DNA of 64,000 nt, taken from assembly GCA_951406725.2 (NCBI GenBank), contig OX597814.1, forward strand, positions 175,212,001 through 175,276,000. Direction: 5' to 3'. Positions within the stretch are counted from its first letter, which is position 1. Every line of letters begins with the position of its first letter. Positions 12,128-26,512 of the stretch are shown in pieces. This DNA is from Octopus vulgaris. Lineage: Eukaryota. A model generated the notes under the pieces. It saw only the letters and a list, made by a program, of their open reading frames with translations, made no database searches and was not told where the DNA came from. The translations under genes and the position numbers were made by a program.

Positions 12128-14935
12128 GATAATAAGTCATATGCTATTTGTATCCTCTAATTCTGTCTAGTTTATCTTCCAGCTTTAATAATCTGTTCTA
12201 CGAACAAGGCTAGTCCTTGTAGGGATGCTAGAATTGTCAGACCAAGCAATTTAAAATGGCACCATTATTAAAAATATACCAGTATCTAAAAACATCAGCT
12301 GTTACCATTATTACTGACTACTATGCTTCTCTGTATGAAACAGCAAGTGATTTTGTATGCAAGTTACACATAGTATTAGATAATTGTGAACTGAGATTTC
12401 AAACTCTTTAAGGTCATAATAGTTTGATAGTTTTGGAAAGCTAACTTTGGTGTTTTTTTTTTTTTTAAGACCTTATGTCTATACTGAACTAGTCATATCT
12501 TCATGTAATGGTATTGTGACAGTGGTTAATTTATTGGGCTGCTGACTTCATCCATTTTAGTGGGAAATGATTTAATGTGGGCACTGTAAGTCTTTCCCCA
12601 TGCTGGTGGGTTGGTTACCATATTACACAGCCATCACTTTTTGTGGCCAGATATGACAGGTTTTAAACAACTTATTGCATCCTGGACCATAATTTCTCTG
12701 AACAGAATGAAAGCATAATGCTTTTTACGTATTGGAAAACAAATTTGCCCTTTGGAATAACCATAAAATTCATATTATTTAGAATTCATACCTACCTGCT
12801 GTGTTTCTCTTTTGTTCAGCTTACTTGCTAACCCTAACCCTTATCTTGTGCTATGGAGGTTCCTCCCTACCATCATTTAAATAGTTTCATTCTTAGCCAT
12901 CTGCATTTAGTTCATAAAGACTAATTTTGGCAAACTTCAGTCTCAAATGAGACAAGCTAGTAGTTAAATATCCTACACTGAGGAAATGTCATACCACAGT
13001 ACCCGAAGCATGATCAGTAAAGGAAATCAGGTCACTTTATTCAGAATGTCTACCTACATAAATTCTCACCCTATCATCACACTGAGTACCTTCAGAAGAA
13101 TGATGCCAGGATGAGGGACTTGACAACAACCTTCTGGGAAAGCAGTAACTTTAAACACAATGCTTCATGGGACAATGGACTCTATAGGCTAGGTTGGTAA
13201 CTTAAATGGACATATTGGGAATATTGTAATGATTTTTCTGATGTATATGGTGGCTATAGTTACAGTACATAACATGAAAAAGGGATCAAGGTTCATGGAG
13301 TTCTGTGATATTAAAGACCTACTATTTGCAAGACTAACATCAAAATGTCAGCCAATCATCTGATAGGCAAATACCATAAATCTTATGAACTTTCAAATAC
13401 CTCATGAAATGGGAAAGACATGTGAATACTGTCTTTTGTTTTCCATTATCATTCCACACAGATTTGTGATGGTACTTGTCCTTACTGATGTCAAAGAAGC
13501 ACAGACATGTTACCACAGAAAGTTGTTCTGTAATCTGGTGATCACTAAGAAAACTTAACCATTTGAATCCTGTGTCTGGTCTCCTGAGCCATTTGTGCTT
13601 GGTTTTGACAGGGATTAGTGGCATGGCATATATGATACAATTTACAAACTCAGTTGGCTTAGACTTGCCATTTATGCTAGGCCTGTGCTTATTGTATCTG
13701 CATTGTCTTTGCTGGAATTTAGTTTTGTAGTGCCATGCCCCCTTTCACATTGCTGGATTCATTATCTGAATCATTTTTGCTGTCACTCACTGCCTTCGCT
13801 TCCTATACTATACCTCTCGTTGTCATGAACAGATTTCAAGTCACTATCCAGGTAATCTGCATCATTTTCAGTGTCTAATTCACTCCAATATTTCAAGCAG
13901 TGTATGGCTTCTGGCTCTTGCATTTTGATCCTGACAGCCCATGCTCATTTTCACACTGGGACTCATTTCATTGTGAAATTTCTCCTTATTTCTACAAGGA
14001 CATGCTGCCAAAACAATTGCACAGAGTGTAGATATATCTTGGGTATAACAGATGTTCTGATTGGTCTATCAAAACAGGGTTAAAACCTGCATAATCAAAC
14101 ACCTGTGGCACTCAATGATCCTGCACAATTTTACTGGTGCTATGGCATGTGCAGGCCTACGATTATCATAGCTATACCAGTGTTACAGGTTCTAAGGATT
14201 AAATGAAGATAACTTGTTCAGTTCTCAGAAATCATTTTTGTACCGATATGCTGTTAGCAAGGTGAATCTTCTGTAAATAATTTTGGAATGTAGGTTGGCA
14301 TCTATAAGGGCCCAGTTCTGGTTGTAAGCTGATGTAGTTTCCATTGCAAAATCATTTAAAGAACTAGGGAAGTCATAAATGTGGAAGTAAAACCTAGGAT
14401 TGAGAGGTCTTAAAGGAAATCTAGCAAAGACAAGTTTTACTCAGAAAAGACTGGAATTTATTGCCATCTGGAAAGTGGCCATGCTCAATCTGCAGTTCCA
14501 TGTATAAAGTATGGGTGTAGTGGCACAAGAAGCAAACTCATAGAGAGTATGTAGTAGATGCACAGGAATAAAAGTAGTTAGCAATGAGGGCACCCATGAA
14601 ATACTTGCAAATGCTTGGAGGGTACTCCAGCAGTTGAAAGCTTCTGTTTGGTGATCTAATTGACAGTGGATGAGAACATTTTGAAAGACTTGTAGTCTAA
14701 AAATAGGGTGGATGGGTCATCCTGCTGAGTCCACAGAATTATTGCCTGCCTGGATGAAATGGAGGACTGTGTGTAACTTGTATGTTCCAGTTTTTTTTAA
14801 TGGTTTCTATTCTAACATCAGCCACTTAGCTATATGCTGCATCTATTTTATTGTTGCATCATCATTAAAGAGGTTATTATGCCCCAAGGAATAACAAAGA
14901 GTCCTTGATCCTATATGATCCTTCATTTGTATACC

Positions 14936-15152
14936 TATTTCTTTACTACCCACAAGGGGCTAAACACAGAGAGGACAGACAAACGGATTAAGTCGATTAT
15001 ATCGACCCCAGTGCGTAACTGGTACTTATTTAATCGACCCTGGAAGGATGAAAGCAAAGTCGACCTCGGCGGAATTTGAACTCAGAACGTAACGGCAGAC
15101 GAAATACGGCTACGCATTTCGCCCGGCGTGCTAACGTTTCTGCCAGCTCGCC
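14936..15152 (-). mobile_element. Nin/Deu-domain-type SINE with long flanking direct repeat
   Basis: gccgaggtcgactttgc(c)tttcatcc...ggtcgat motif; further copies near 17601-17786, 32240-32440, 39590-39803, 40730-41108 (tandem), 43660-43829, 48046-48272, 55875-56090. Confidence 0.75.
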
Positions 15153-15249
15153 GTCCTTGATCCTATATGATCCTTCATTTGTATACCATTTACTTAACAG
15201 ATTGTACTGGGTACATTTTATTATGACAAGCACTAGTAAAGCTGCCTTA

Positions 15250-16707
15250 TATTGGGTTCACTAAAAAAAAATTTTTCCCATATATTTAATCTGTTTTATC
15301 AAAAATTTTAAACCATTGATACATTCTCCATTGCTCATGACTTTTTGCCCATGTTCCACTAGCTTGTCAATGACAATGGTAGAAACCACAGGGTTTTGAC
15401 TCAGAGAATTTATGGAGGCACGTTTTCGTTTCACATCATTGTTGAACAAAATGCCTCACAGACTGTTGGAGAGCAACTGAAAGGTGATAATTAAGGGTGC
15501 TATATCAGGAGAATACAATGGATGTAGTAGAACTTTCCCACTAAGCACTTGAATAGCATTTTTGATCAAATTAGCAACATGGTATTTATTGTTGCTATGT
15601 TGAAGAAGCATGCAATGTTCTTGGTCAGGTTGTTTCAGCTAGATTGCCTTGTTGAGCCAGTGAATTTGCTGAACACATTGACCATGTAATTGCTTTTGAG
15701 TATTTCGTAACAGATTATCCCTTCCCAATCCTTCCAGACACAGATCATTGCTTTGTGTGGATGCAGATCTGGTTTGGCTTGCTTTTCTGTCATTTTTTTC
15801 ATCTACTTCATATTGACATAGATGCACCATTTTTCATTGCCAGAGATCATCATCATTGCTTAACGTCCGCTTTCCATGCTAGCATGGGTTGGACGGTTCA
15901 ACTGGGATCTGGGAAGCCAGGAGGCTGCACCAGGCCCAGTCTAATCTGGCAGTGTTTCTACAGCTGGATGCCCTTCCTAACGCCAACCACTCTGTGAGTG
16001 TAGTGGGTGCTTTTTACGTGCCAGACGAGGCTGGCAACGGCCACGATCGGTTGGTGCTTTTTACGTGCCACCAGCACGGAGGCCAATTGGGGCAGCGCTG
16101 GCGTGGTAAAGAAATCTCTGTGTACAAGTAACCAGGTGTTGAGCAAGCAAATTGGTGATAAGAGAGCACTGGAATTTGTCTCATTCAGTCTGTGGCACCC
16201 ATCTAGAGTTTTGGAACCTTACTCTGAGTGAAGGTGAAGGGTGATGTTAACATGAGAGCATCCCACATGCTGGGCCACTTCACTAGTGAATTGGTATGGA
16301 TCCTTGTGGATAAACTCATTCAATTAGCTTCATTGAAGTGAGCAAGTCAGCTGCAATGTAGAGTACTTGAGATCAAATTTCTCCTCCTTGGAGCATGAAA
16401 ACCATTTCTGTGCAATTCTTTCTGTAATAGTGCCTTCTTCGTAAACAACACAAATATCTTGAGTGACTTTGGCAGGTTTGGAACCTTGATTCGAAGAGAA
16501 GCAGGTGTTGAAAATGATATTTTTACTTGGCACTCTATAATGTCTGAAAAGAGGTAAAATTTATTCAACTTTTCAAAAATGATTAATAAGTGTTGTAGAC
16601 GAAGAACTGAGCTACAAACAAATCTATAAAACACTGTGATACTAAAAAAAAAATTGTATTTATTCAAATAATGTTAAGAAACAAACCATTTTATCTGATA
16701 AGTCAAT
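15250..16707 (-). mobile_element. Decayed mariner element with nested SINE
   Basis: Mariner HTH relic QDICVVYEEGTITERIAQKWFS..EKFDL; tattg...caata termini. Confidence 0.7.
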
Positions 16708-17939
16708 ATCTTCTAAGACTAAAGTGTACTCTTCTGCACTGTTATGACCTTTGCACAGTGGTTCCCAATTCTTTTATTTAAATGAGTTTTTCCATGGACT
16801 CCTTTTAATATGCTTATCCTTATGTAATTTTGAATTTAGTTCACAGACCCCCTTTGTGGACCATCAGGGCTCAGCAGACCCCAGGTTGAGAACCACTGAC
16901 CTAGAGGATGGATAGCCAACAATGATGAGTGTGATAGGAAAGATAGAGTAATTGGAGTGAAAGAATGGTAGAGGAGGAAACAATGGAAGAGATAATGATG
17001 GCTAACAGTAGAGAAGGGTGATGATTTGGTGTATCAAAAACAATCTCATATTACATGTAGACGGGTATTATCTAAATCTCAGTTGATGGGTAATCAAATA
17101 ATGAAGACAAAAGACTTGGTGTGAATAGCTTATGATCTCTATCAGCAAAGTATACTTCGCAATAGTATTTGTATGACCTGTTGTATGAATTGGAGGCCTT
17201 AATGTAACACTGCAAACATTAAAAAAAAAAAATGAAAACTGCACACATTCATGCTGAGGTGTTGGGGGCAGATCATGAAAATCACTTGAAAAGACAAAGT
17301 CAACAATTCCATTATTCTAAAGAAAGCCAAACTCCCTAGCATGGAAGAGGTATTGGGTGGAATGAAACCTCTGCTGGTTTGGAGATATCCAAAGAATGGC
17401 CAAAATACTCTTTTTACACTGGATTAGGAGTATGAAAGAGCAGAATAGACTCTAACTGAGAAACAAGAATGTATTTAAACACACCATGAGGAGATTGAAG
17501 ATTTGATTTCTACAGCTGAACCACAATGGTTCAGAAAAGAAACTTGTGGAGGAGAGTGATCAATTTTTGGCACTCAGACTTATAACTATATATTAATCAT
17601 AAGGTGGTGAGCTGGCAGAAACGTTAGCATGCCGGGCGAAATGCTTAGCGGTATTATGTCTGCCTCTACGTTCTGAGTTAAAATTCTGTAGATAAATTAA
17701 GTACCAGTGACGCACTGGGGTCGATATAATCGACTTAATCTGTTTGTCCCCTCTGTGTGTAGCCCCTTGTGGGCAGTAAAGAAATATGTATATATTAGTC
17801 ATTATCATTGACAGCCTATGATGATTGATGATTTCACTAGTTTGGAACATGACAAAATGCTTCTTGCATACAATTATGATGGAAATTCTTAATTTACATA
17901 CAGAACATGTTAAATTTGAATAAATATTCACAGCACCAA

Positions 17940-18620
17940 ATGTAAGATATGGACTCATAAGAGATGCAGTGGAATCACAGGTAGATTAACAGATGAGGTC
18001 ACCTTTGAGTGTGGCAGATGTGCAGGAACACTAAGCATAAGAGCACATGAGACTTGGACTCTCAAATGTCCAGGAGGCTCTCTTGAGGTAGTAGAGTTTC
18101 TGTTACCTAGGTGACCAAATTAGCAATGGGAGTGGATGCTCTGGAAGTATTGTTTCTAGAATATGAATAGGATGGAAAAAGTTCAGAGAGCTACTACCTC
18201 TGTTGGCAACTTAGAGTGAAGGGTAGATTGTATGATGCTTATGTACAAATGGCTATACTCCTTGGTAGAGAGACATGGTCTTTGAATGCAGAGGACATGC
18301 ATAGACTAGAGAGGAATGAAGGTAGTATGCTCTGGTGGATGTGCATGAATGACAAAGCATAAATGTGTTGAGAGATAAGTTGGGCATAAGACGAATCAAA
18401 TGCAGCATGCATGAAGAGACATGATGTGTATGAATGAAGACAGCTGTATAAAGAAGTGTTAGTCACTGAAAGTGGATGGCACCTGCGGAGGAGGGAGACC
18501 CAGAAAGACATGGAATCGAATGTTGAGGACTGATCTGAGGGTGTTGGGGCTCATGAAGGAAATGACAATGGACTGAGATGTCTGGCAATATGAGGTTTGA
18601 GAGAAGACCTGCCCACATCA
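17940..18620 (+). mobile_element. RTE-clade LINE 3' fragment
   Basis: CKIWTHKRCSGITGRL...CGRC (PHD-like finger) and GWKKFRELLPLL relics with stops; related pieces near 14150-14700 (+), 42885-43230 and 43470-44000 (-). Confidence 0.7.
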
Positions 18621-20696
18621 GCAAACCTGAGCTCTAGAAGCATTGTGTTCCACCCACACATCACAATAAAATTTTCACACACCCTACCCCAACTGGCCAG
18701 GCAAGCTCTTGCATCATGCTAAAACAGACACAGAAGCATGATGCAGGAGTCTGGCCAGCTTCTGTCAAACCATCCAACCTGTGCCAGCATGAAAAGAGGA
18801 TGTTAAACGATGATGATGATATATTGTGTTGAAAGCTTCAATTGTATCTAAGGAAAGTAAAATTGAAATAACCAGTTGCCAAATATTCTTTATTTTGTTT
18901 GATAAATTCCATGATATTTTGATAATATAAATGTGAAAACCTAAAAGAAAATTTTGGTTGATATTAAACTTCCTATGCTGAAATAATTTCTTTGCTTGTT
19001 GAGACAAGGAATTATCAACATTAACCCTTTCATTACCAACCCGGCTGAAACTGGATCTGGCTCTGAGTACAAATGAGTTTTCATAAGTTTTGAATTAAAA
19101 TTCCCCACCAAAACTTAGTTGCAATTTATGTTCCTAACACTAACTTAATGATAACTAAGTTATTTCACTAAATTCTTTGTTATAGTTAAAGTAATTGAAA
19201 GAAACACAGAGCATCTCAAAATAAATACAGTAACAAAAGGGTTAAAACTGTTAATCTTAAGTCAAAAATATCAAAAATATGAAGGAAGTGTAAGAAGTGA
19301 AGAAGTATTCAATGTTTTATTGACTGGTGTACAGTTTTAGTAAAACAAATTAAGAGTCAAAAAAAGTTAGTTACAATAATAAAATGCTTGACGAACTTGA
19401 ACAGGGAATTACTTGAGTGATAGTCATTGCATACACATTCAAGTAAAAATACACCAAAAGCCAGTGTTCTTTTCTTTATAAAAATTCTAAATAGAAAGGT
19501 TTTTGTGTTAAAAAAAAAATAAAATGTAAATAAAAAGGAAAACACATTCTTTTAGCAACCTAACAGAAGCAAGAAACAAATTAAACCCTTGCTTAATTGT
19601 TTTAGAAGTGTAGATGTGAAGATTAAAAAATTTAAAAAGAAAAAAGTTAATTTATTTTTTTAGTGCACTTGGGAAGTGGTTCTCAAGGAAAGGTTTAAAA
19701 ATCACTGTTAAAACATAAAGAGATATTGAAATCTTGCAAACGGAATAAATTTAAAGCAGCTTTACTCTGATAAAGTTGGCATTTTCAAAATAAACAATTC
19801 TTCATAGTAACAGCTTTAAAAAAAGTGAAGATATTACAAAGTGTATAAAATAGATTCAATATTTAAAGAACCTCATCAGTAAGTAAAAGCAAGCTGTCGT
19901 AATAATCAATGTTATTCAAAGACTCTTTAGTAATGTAGCTGCCATACAAAAGATGATTACAATTTAAGAGTCAATATCAAGAAATATTTTCTTTATATAA
20001 GTAGAGATTGTTTATCACATAACCAGAGTCATCATATCTTTGATAGGTTCTTCAATAATATAGCTGTCAAAGAAGCAAAGAACAACAAGGAATCAACAGT
20101 GTTGTTGAATATTTTTTTTTCTTAATCCCCATTCTAATGTCAATATGAAAGATCAATACTATAGCTGTCAGTGAAGTTTAAAACAAAATTATTTACATGT
20201 TCATTTGTTGGCAGCTCTGCTAACTGCAGACAGCATGGTTTAATAGGTAACATAGATAAATTAAATTGGAAAGATTTAAATCATAGATCATAGTACAACC
20301 ATCAGCAGTCCTAAAGTTTTCCCAAAGAAGGGTTGAGCAGTTAAGACGTTATTCTTCAAAATATAAAGTGTAATCAGTTTGGTGCCTCAACACCACCTAA
20401 ATGAGGAAAATAAACTTTTCATATGATCAATTACATTTTATAAAATACAGGGTGACTTGCTTATGGCCTTTGCTGGCCTTCTAGACTGAAGTCGATGCAA
20501 TCAATGTTCCTCTTCCACCTTTTGGAAGTCAACACTTGTGGGAAGGAATTCCAGAGGGCTAACATTCTTTGGAAGAAAGGGTCGGGTATAGTGATTAAAG
20601 TGAGGCCTGTTGGAAGGCGCACAAACCCAGTCCCACTCAAGTCATGCTTTAATCACTGCACCCAGATTTGTTCATTCCTTCTCGAGCCATACCTGA

Positions 20697-20950
20697 CTCA
20701 TTAGGGCCGGTTTCATTGGCGTATAGGTTCCCCACTTGGATGGGACACCGGTCTGTCACAGGTGAGCTGCAAGATGCAGGAGGAAAGAGTGAGAGAAAGT
20801 TGTGGTGAAAGAGTCAGCAGAAGTTCGCCATTACCTTCTGCCGGAGCCACGTGGAGCTTAGGTGCTTCGCTCATAAACACACACATCACCCGGTCTGAAA
20901 TTCGAACCTGCGAGTCCGCTGCTCTAACCACGAGGCCATGTGCCGCCACA
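20697..20950 (-). mobile_element. Fourth tRNA-derived SINE family
   Basis: Minus strand tggcctcgtggttagagcagcggactcgcaggttcgaattt (pol III A/B-box-like head). Confidence 0.55.
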
Positions 20951-22475
20951 CTGCACCTAGATGAGAAGAGACGGACAAGTAGGATGGGAATATTTAAATG
21001 GAGGTGGCATGTGGTTAGCTAGATCCAAGGAGCAGAGCTTATTATAGTAGTAGCAGAAAAGGCAGAGATAGGAGACAGCAGGATTGTGGACCAGTAGCTG
21101 GAATATATCTATGAGTGACTTCAGGCCAATTAGTTGAGTAGCTCTTTTCTGGATGCAGTCGCTTGGGCAACCCTGTATAGCTCATTAATGGCATCTTGGT
21201 CAAGTACCTTTACCAAACCTTGTGAATGAATCAAGAGTAGAGCAAAACTGTGAAGAAGCTCATCAGATGGACTATATCTATAATTCAAACAGTCCAGCCT
21301 AGTCATACTGTATCATACTGATTCCATTTGTGCATATGTCTGGGAAGGACTAAGCCACCTCACATGCTAATTTTCAATAAGTAGGTTCTTTAGTTGATTG
21401 AACAACTGGACACACACATCAAAATCAACATCATTATCATATTTTTAATGTCTGCTTTCCATGCTGGTATAGGTTGGACGATTTGACTAAGGACTAACGA
21501 ACCAGATGGCTGCACCAGGCTCCAATCTTGATCTGGCAGAGTTTCTACAGCTGGATGCCCTTCCTAACGCCAACCACTCCAAGAGTGTAGTGGGTGCTTT
21601 TGAGTGCCACTGGCATGAGGGCCAGTCAGGTGGTACTAGCAACGACCACGCTCAAATGGTGTTTTTTACGTGCCACCTGCACAGGAGCCAGTCCAGCGGC
21701 ACTGGCAACGATCTCGCTCAAATATGAAAGTATATATTTGTTTTATTTTACTTGCTAGCAAAAGTTAGATGGAGAGGTAGTAGAAGTAAGAATTTTATGG
21801 AATGCTATTCCTGTCACCAACCCTTATCTGTGTTTCAAATAAAGAAAAAAAATTTCTATTTCAGAACAATTTCAAAGCAAGGAGTTAACAAATGATTTGT
21901 TGTTGGGAAATGTCAACAAAACTCTCCAGTAGTAGTCTAGCCACAAATGGTGACATCATCATCATCTACAGCTCAGCCACAAATCATGACGCCAACATAT
22001 GTGGTATAACTAACTAAGGTCTGTAAATATCTGTAGACACATATATGTAAAAATACTTGATTCAAAGAGAAAGGGGACCAAAAATAAATATGTACAATAC
22101 AATGGTATAATTATGCGTACGCACAACTGGCAGACTTCTTTCAGTTTCCATCTGCCAAATTCCATCACAAGGCATTATTTAGCCAAAGGCTATGGGACTG
22201 AACTTGAAGTCACATAACCGAGAAGTAAACAATGTATGCATGCATATAGATACACACACACGCATCTGAAAACAAAATCGTCATTTCACATCTATTGTTC
22301 AAGCTGGCAGGGATTGGATGGTTTGATTTGGCATAGTTTCTATGGCTGGATGCTTTTACGTGGCATTGCCACGAGTACTTTACAATAACAGAAGGAATGG
22401 TCTTAAAACTTTTGCTGTGGAGTATGATATAAGATATATATATATATACACATGCAAAATCAATCATAATAGTTA

Positions 22476-22945
22476 GTTGAACTTACAGTGCACTGAGAGA
22501 AAAGACCTGACATTTCTCACCAGCTGAAGGAAACCAAATTTCAGGACTTGGTTCATGAGGCACTAGTTAAGGGATGGCATGCAGCCTCATTCCCTACTGA
22601 AGTCAGCTACAGCAGCTTTCTAGCTGCATTGGTGCACTATTTCCTGTAGAAGACTGGTCTGGGACCCTGACAAATAAAGAAGGCCACCAAGGAGAGAGGC
22701 ATGGCAGCTGAAACCAGCTCAAGGTGGCTGTGATTAAACAAGAGACCACAAGTGAAATCTTCCAAAAGCAAAGACTAATTCAGTCCCCACTGCCCCATTC
22801 AAGCAAAGCATACAAGTTAAAGAGTAAAACTCTTGTGGTCCTGAGATACCTGCTGATGATACAGAAGAGTTTCCAACACTGATGGATTCAGAAAAGGTTG
22901 CAATATCTCTGAGTTGCAAAGCATCTCTGATGTATTTTTCCACCT
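22476..22945 (+). mobile_element. HERO/R2-like RLE non-LTR retrotransposon 3' relic
   Basis: VELTVH*E...KFQDLV...GWH...PTEVS...AAETSSRWL*L resembles ELTVPWE...KY..L...GW...P.EVG...AAE.SS.WLW. Confidence 0.65.
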
Positions 22946-22960
22946 GTATATATATTAATA

Positions 22961-23611
22961 TATTAGGGTGTTTGTAAAATAATAGTGCTTTTTCACCATT
23001 ATGAAATACAAATCAACCATTCACATCAGAACCATGGTCAAATGGGCGGGTGCTGTCTAGAAATAGTATATCATCTCCTCTATTCGGCAGTTTGTCATTC
23101 ATAATCATTTCGGTAATTAATCCCATGGAGAATAAGAACTTTATGAAACAAAAGTACTGTTACAGAAGCAATGAAAAACATTTGTGAAGTGTATCTGAAT
23201 GCAGTGAAATCTCATACATGTCAGCTGTGGTTTAAAAGGTTTTAAGATAGTGATTGTGGCATATCCAACAAGCTTTGCTCTGTTACACGATCGTTAGGAC
23301 GGGAAGTTCTTCCACATCTTCCATGCTCACCTGACTTAGTACCTATGGATTTCCATCTGTTCTGATCACTAGAACCATTTTATAAAAGGTAAAATATTCA
23401 GGATGAGGAAGTTGAAAACAGACTTTCAGACTTTTTTCAGGAAAAGAAATAGGTTTCTTTGAATGTGACATAAAAAAGTTAAAGTTACTTTCCCACTGGG
23501 CTGTGGTCATTGCAAACAATGGTGATTACATTCTTGATTAAAACTATTCAGATAAATGTAGTTTACATTTGTCCTTTCTGGTAAAACAAAACTACTTTCC
23601 GAACACCCTAA
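22961..23611 (+). mobile_element. Internally deleted mariner
   Basis: TIRs tagggtgtt/aacacccta; EVLPHLPCSPDLVPMDFHLF relic. Confidence 0.7.
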
Positions 23612-24819
23612 AACATACATACATTCATACGTATGTACATACGTCCACTACAATTTCAAAAAGATCCCCCACACAATATAATATTTACTGAAGTTGGAAA
23701 ATATCCTATTTAAATGTTGTACCATATAAACATTTCCCAAAAATACATAAAAGATGGATAACATTAGAAAGTTAAACAAAATTCTCCTTAAAAATTATAA
23801 ACAAACAATGCAGGTGGATTGTGAAAGAAATACTGTTCCTAACAAATGAAAGCAATAGCCTTAGGCATTGACTTAGACATTTATTAGCGAAGCAGACAAT
23901 TTGACAGAAGTGATGGTCAATATGAATTTATAATCCAGATAACATACAAACATGAAATTTTAAAAATCAATTCCTAGTCATGAGTGAAGAACACACAAAA
24001 TGTATGCATTTTGAACAAATATTGTACAGCTTTATCACACAGTAAAAAATATAATCTCTTATTTGAAGTTTCTCTAAAATTAAACAACCAGATAATTTGT
24101 CATGACTGAAAGCAGAAAGGTGTGTCCTGCTTGTGCACACATATGGAGGGTCTGGCAGGAAAATCTAATGATTTTTAAAAGGTAATAAATTTAATTGACA
24201 GTGATTGGTGTTTGCAAGCTTGGTGATGTCGAGTAGCAAAAATGGCACCATTTCAATAGCTGTTAAACAATGGAATGCATACTGTCATGCCTCTGCGATT
24301 GAGATATAAATTTTAAGAGTGGGAACTCAGTTACTCAAATGCAACAAAATTTTTATTTGTATTTCAATACGAGTCATCACGGATAATTGCGTAGTGGGAA
24401 TATAATACCGTTGTTGGTAAAAATATCAGAGAATATTGAAGCTGTTGTGAGAGTCATTCTGCAGTTGGCATTTCAGGTTGTAGTATAAGAAGTATACGGA
24501 ACTTTGATTTAAAATTTCACTTTTGTACGATTGTGATTGTGCAAGAAATATCATTATCATTTCATGTCCACTTTCCATGTTAGCATGGGTTGGACAAGGA
24601 ACCAGTGAGCTGCAAGGCTGCATCAAGATCCAATGCCATCTTCAGCATGGCTTCTATAGCTGGATGCCTTTCCTAATGCCAGCCACTTTACAGAGCATAC
24701 TGGGAGCCTTTTTTCATGCCTCTGGCACTAGTGAACTTGCAAAAAAGAAAAGAACAAAGAAGGGAAAGAAGAAAAAAGCTCTCAGGAAAAACCAGAATGC
24801 ACCTGAAGAAAGCATGCTT

Positions 24820-25030
24820 GCAATGTGCATAGATGATATGATTCCTTCCATAAGTGATAAAGTGCATTTCCATCTGTCTGGTTGCATAAATAATCAAAAT
24901 TTCTGCTATTGGTTGTACAACAATCCTCGACAGCTTTATGACCAATTCTCTATTGTGAACTTGTAACTTTTATGCAAATATTTGACAGCAACCACACTGT
25001 TTTGAAATGAGAGAACATGCAGTATCAATG
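24820..25030 (+). mobile_element. Tc1/mariner (DD37D-like) transposase fragment
   Basis: SDKVHFHLSGCINNQNFCYW resembles SDEAHFHLSGYVNKQNFRYW. Confidence 0.55.
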
Positions 25031-25064
25031 AATTCTCATCATTATTTTTTTTTTTTCTCTAGTT

Positions 25065-25430
25065 TCAGCTCAGAGCTGTGGCCATAATGATGCACTGCTG
25101 TTTTGCTACACTGTTATTACTAAGAGCCTCCTCTCTAATATGTGGCACTTGGTGAAGCATGGAGTTTGATATAGCTACCCTCATTTGCACCTCTTGCCGT
25201 GAGGTAGGTTCATCTGAGATTCTCGACAGGAAGAGGTCCAGCTTTGATTTAAAAACCCCTACATCTACTTTGTGCAAGTTCCTCAGACTCCTTGGGAGAA
25301 TATCAAAAAGCTGTGGGCCCTTGAAACCCAGGCTGTTGCAGTAACTGGTCTTGAAGCATGATGGCATTGCTGGGACCTTTGGCACAATTCCTTCCAGGAT
25401 CTTCCAGATATATATTATTGCATACCTCTC
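25065..25430 (-). mobile_element. CR1/L2-clade LINE 3' fragment
   Basis: SLGFKGPQLFDILPRSLRNL...FKSKLDLFLSRISDEP. Confidence 0.7.
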
Positions 25431-26171
25431 CTGTCAAATATAGTTAAGCTGTGTACCTACTGCATAACTTCTTTCCTCCAGAACTAAATAGATGTGGTAT
25501 TAGTATAGAAGTATCATTCCACCAACATGGCATCACCACCTATACAACAAGAACTCCCATGGCTTCCATACAGCTACAGCTCCTAATTCCAGATAGGAAA
25601 ACATTACAAAGTTATATTCAAGTTCTCTATAAAAATTATAGATAGGTAATGCAGGAAGACTGTGGAAGCCATTGTGATTAAAAGAAAGAATTACTGTCTC
25701 TAAGAGGTGATGGCAATATTTTTATGCATTAATTTTGACCATCACCATCAACATCACGATTGTCATCATCTTCCTCCTTTAACATATTTTCCATGCTGGC
25801 ATGGGTCAGACGGTTTGACCACAGTTGGCAAACCAGAGAGCTGCACCAGGTTCCAGTCTGACTTGGCCTGAATTCTATGGTTGGATGTCCTTCCTAATGC
25901 CACCCAATGCTGGGTGCTTTTAATGTGGCTTCAGCATGAACAGTAAGCATCAAAGAATGTCTATAATTTCCATGGACTTTATAAAGACATTTTAACTAAG
26001 CTTGTAATTTTCCTGTGTTGTAAAATAATCCTAGACTTTTGTGAATATTTCCTTTGGGGTTACCTCAAAGAGAGAGTCTTTATCAATGAAAGAGATGGAC
26101 TGAGCAAACTATTATAAATTTCAGCAAAGGTATAAGAATGTATGTGAAACAAGGCAGGCATCTGGATGATA

Positions 26172-26512
26172 TCTCTATATATATAAACGGCAAAATGTCT
26201 GTGTGTGTGTCCTTTATACAAATCCGCAATTTTTCAGTTAGAGGGCTGGCACTTTCTATGGTCATTAAAAACCGTCCAAGGGTGGTCGTGCACATCTTTA
26301 CATTTCCCCAGTCACCCTACAAAGCCATTAAAAAAAAATCAATAGAAGTGACTTTTTTTGTGAATTTTCTATCCAAAACCCCAACAAAATGCCCAAAACT
26401 TGATACGCCAATTGAATGCCAGCCAGCTGTATGTGATTGGTCGGAGATTTGTCAGTACTCGCGTGTATGTGCGCACGCACTAGCACTAGTTGTTGCCGGG
26501 TCATAGTGCTAG
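26172..26512 (+). mobile_element. Non-autonomous Helitron-like element
   Basis: a|TC tctatatatataaa...CTAG|t termini, A-T insertion site, GC-rich subterminal segment. Confidence 0.65.

Noticed and set aside
12828-12841. TAACCC telomeric motif
   Set aside because: Only two units; expected by chance
19250-24430. Third gene in the AT-rich unique blocks at 19250-20450 and 23640-24430
   Set aside because: No coding exons found; could be distal MEGF9-like 3' UTR but this cannot be supported from sequence alone
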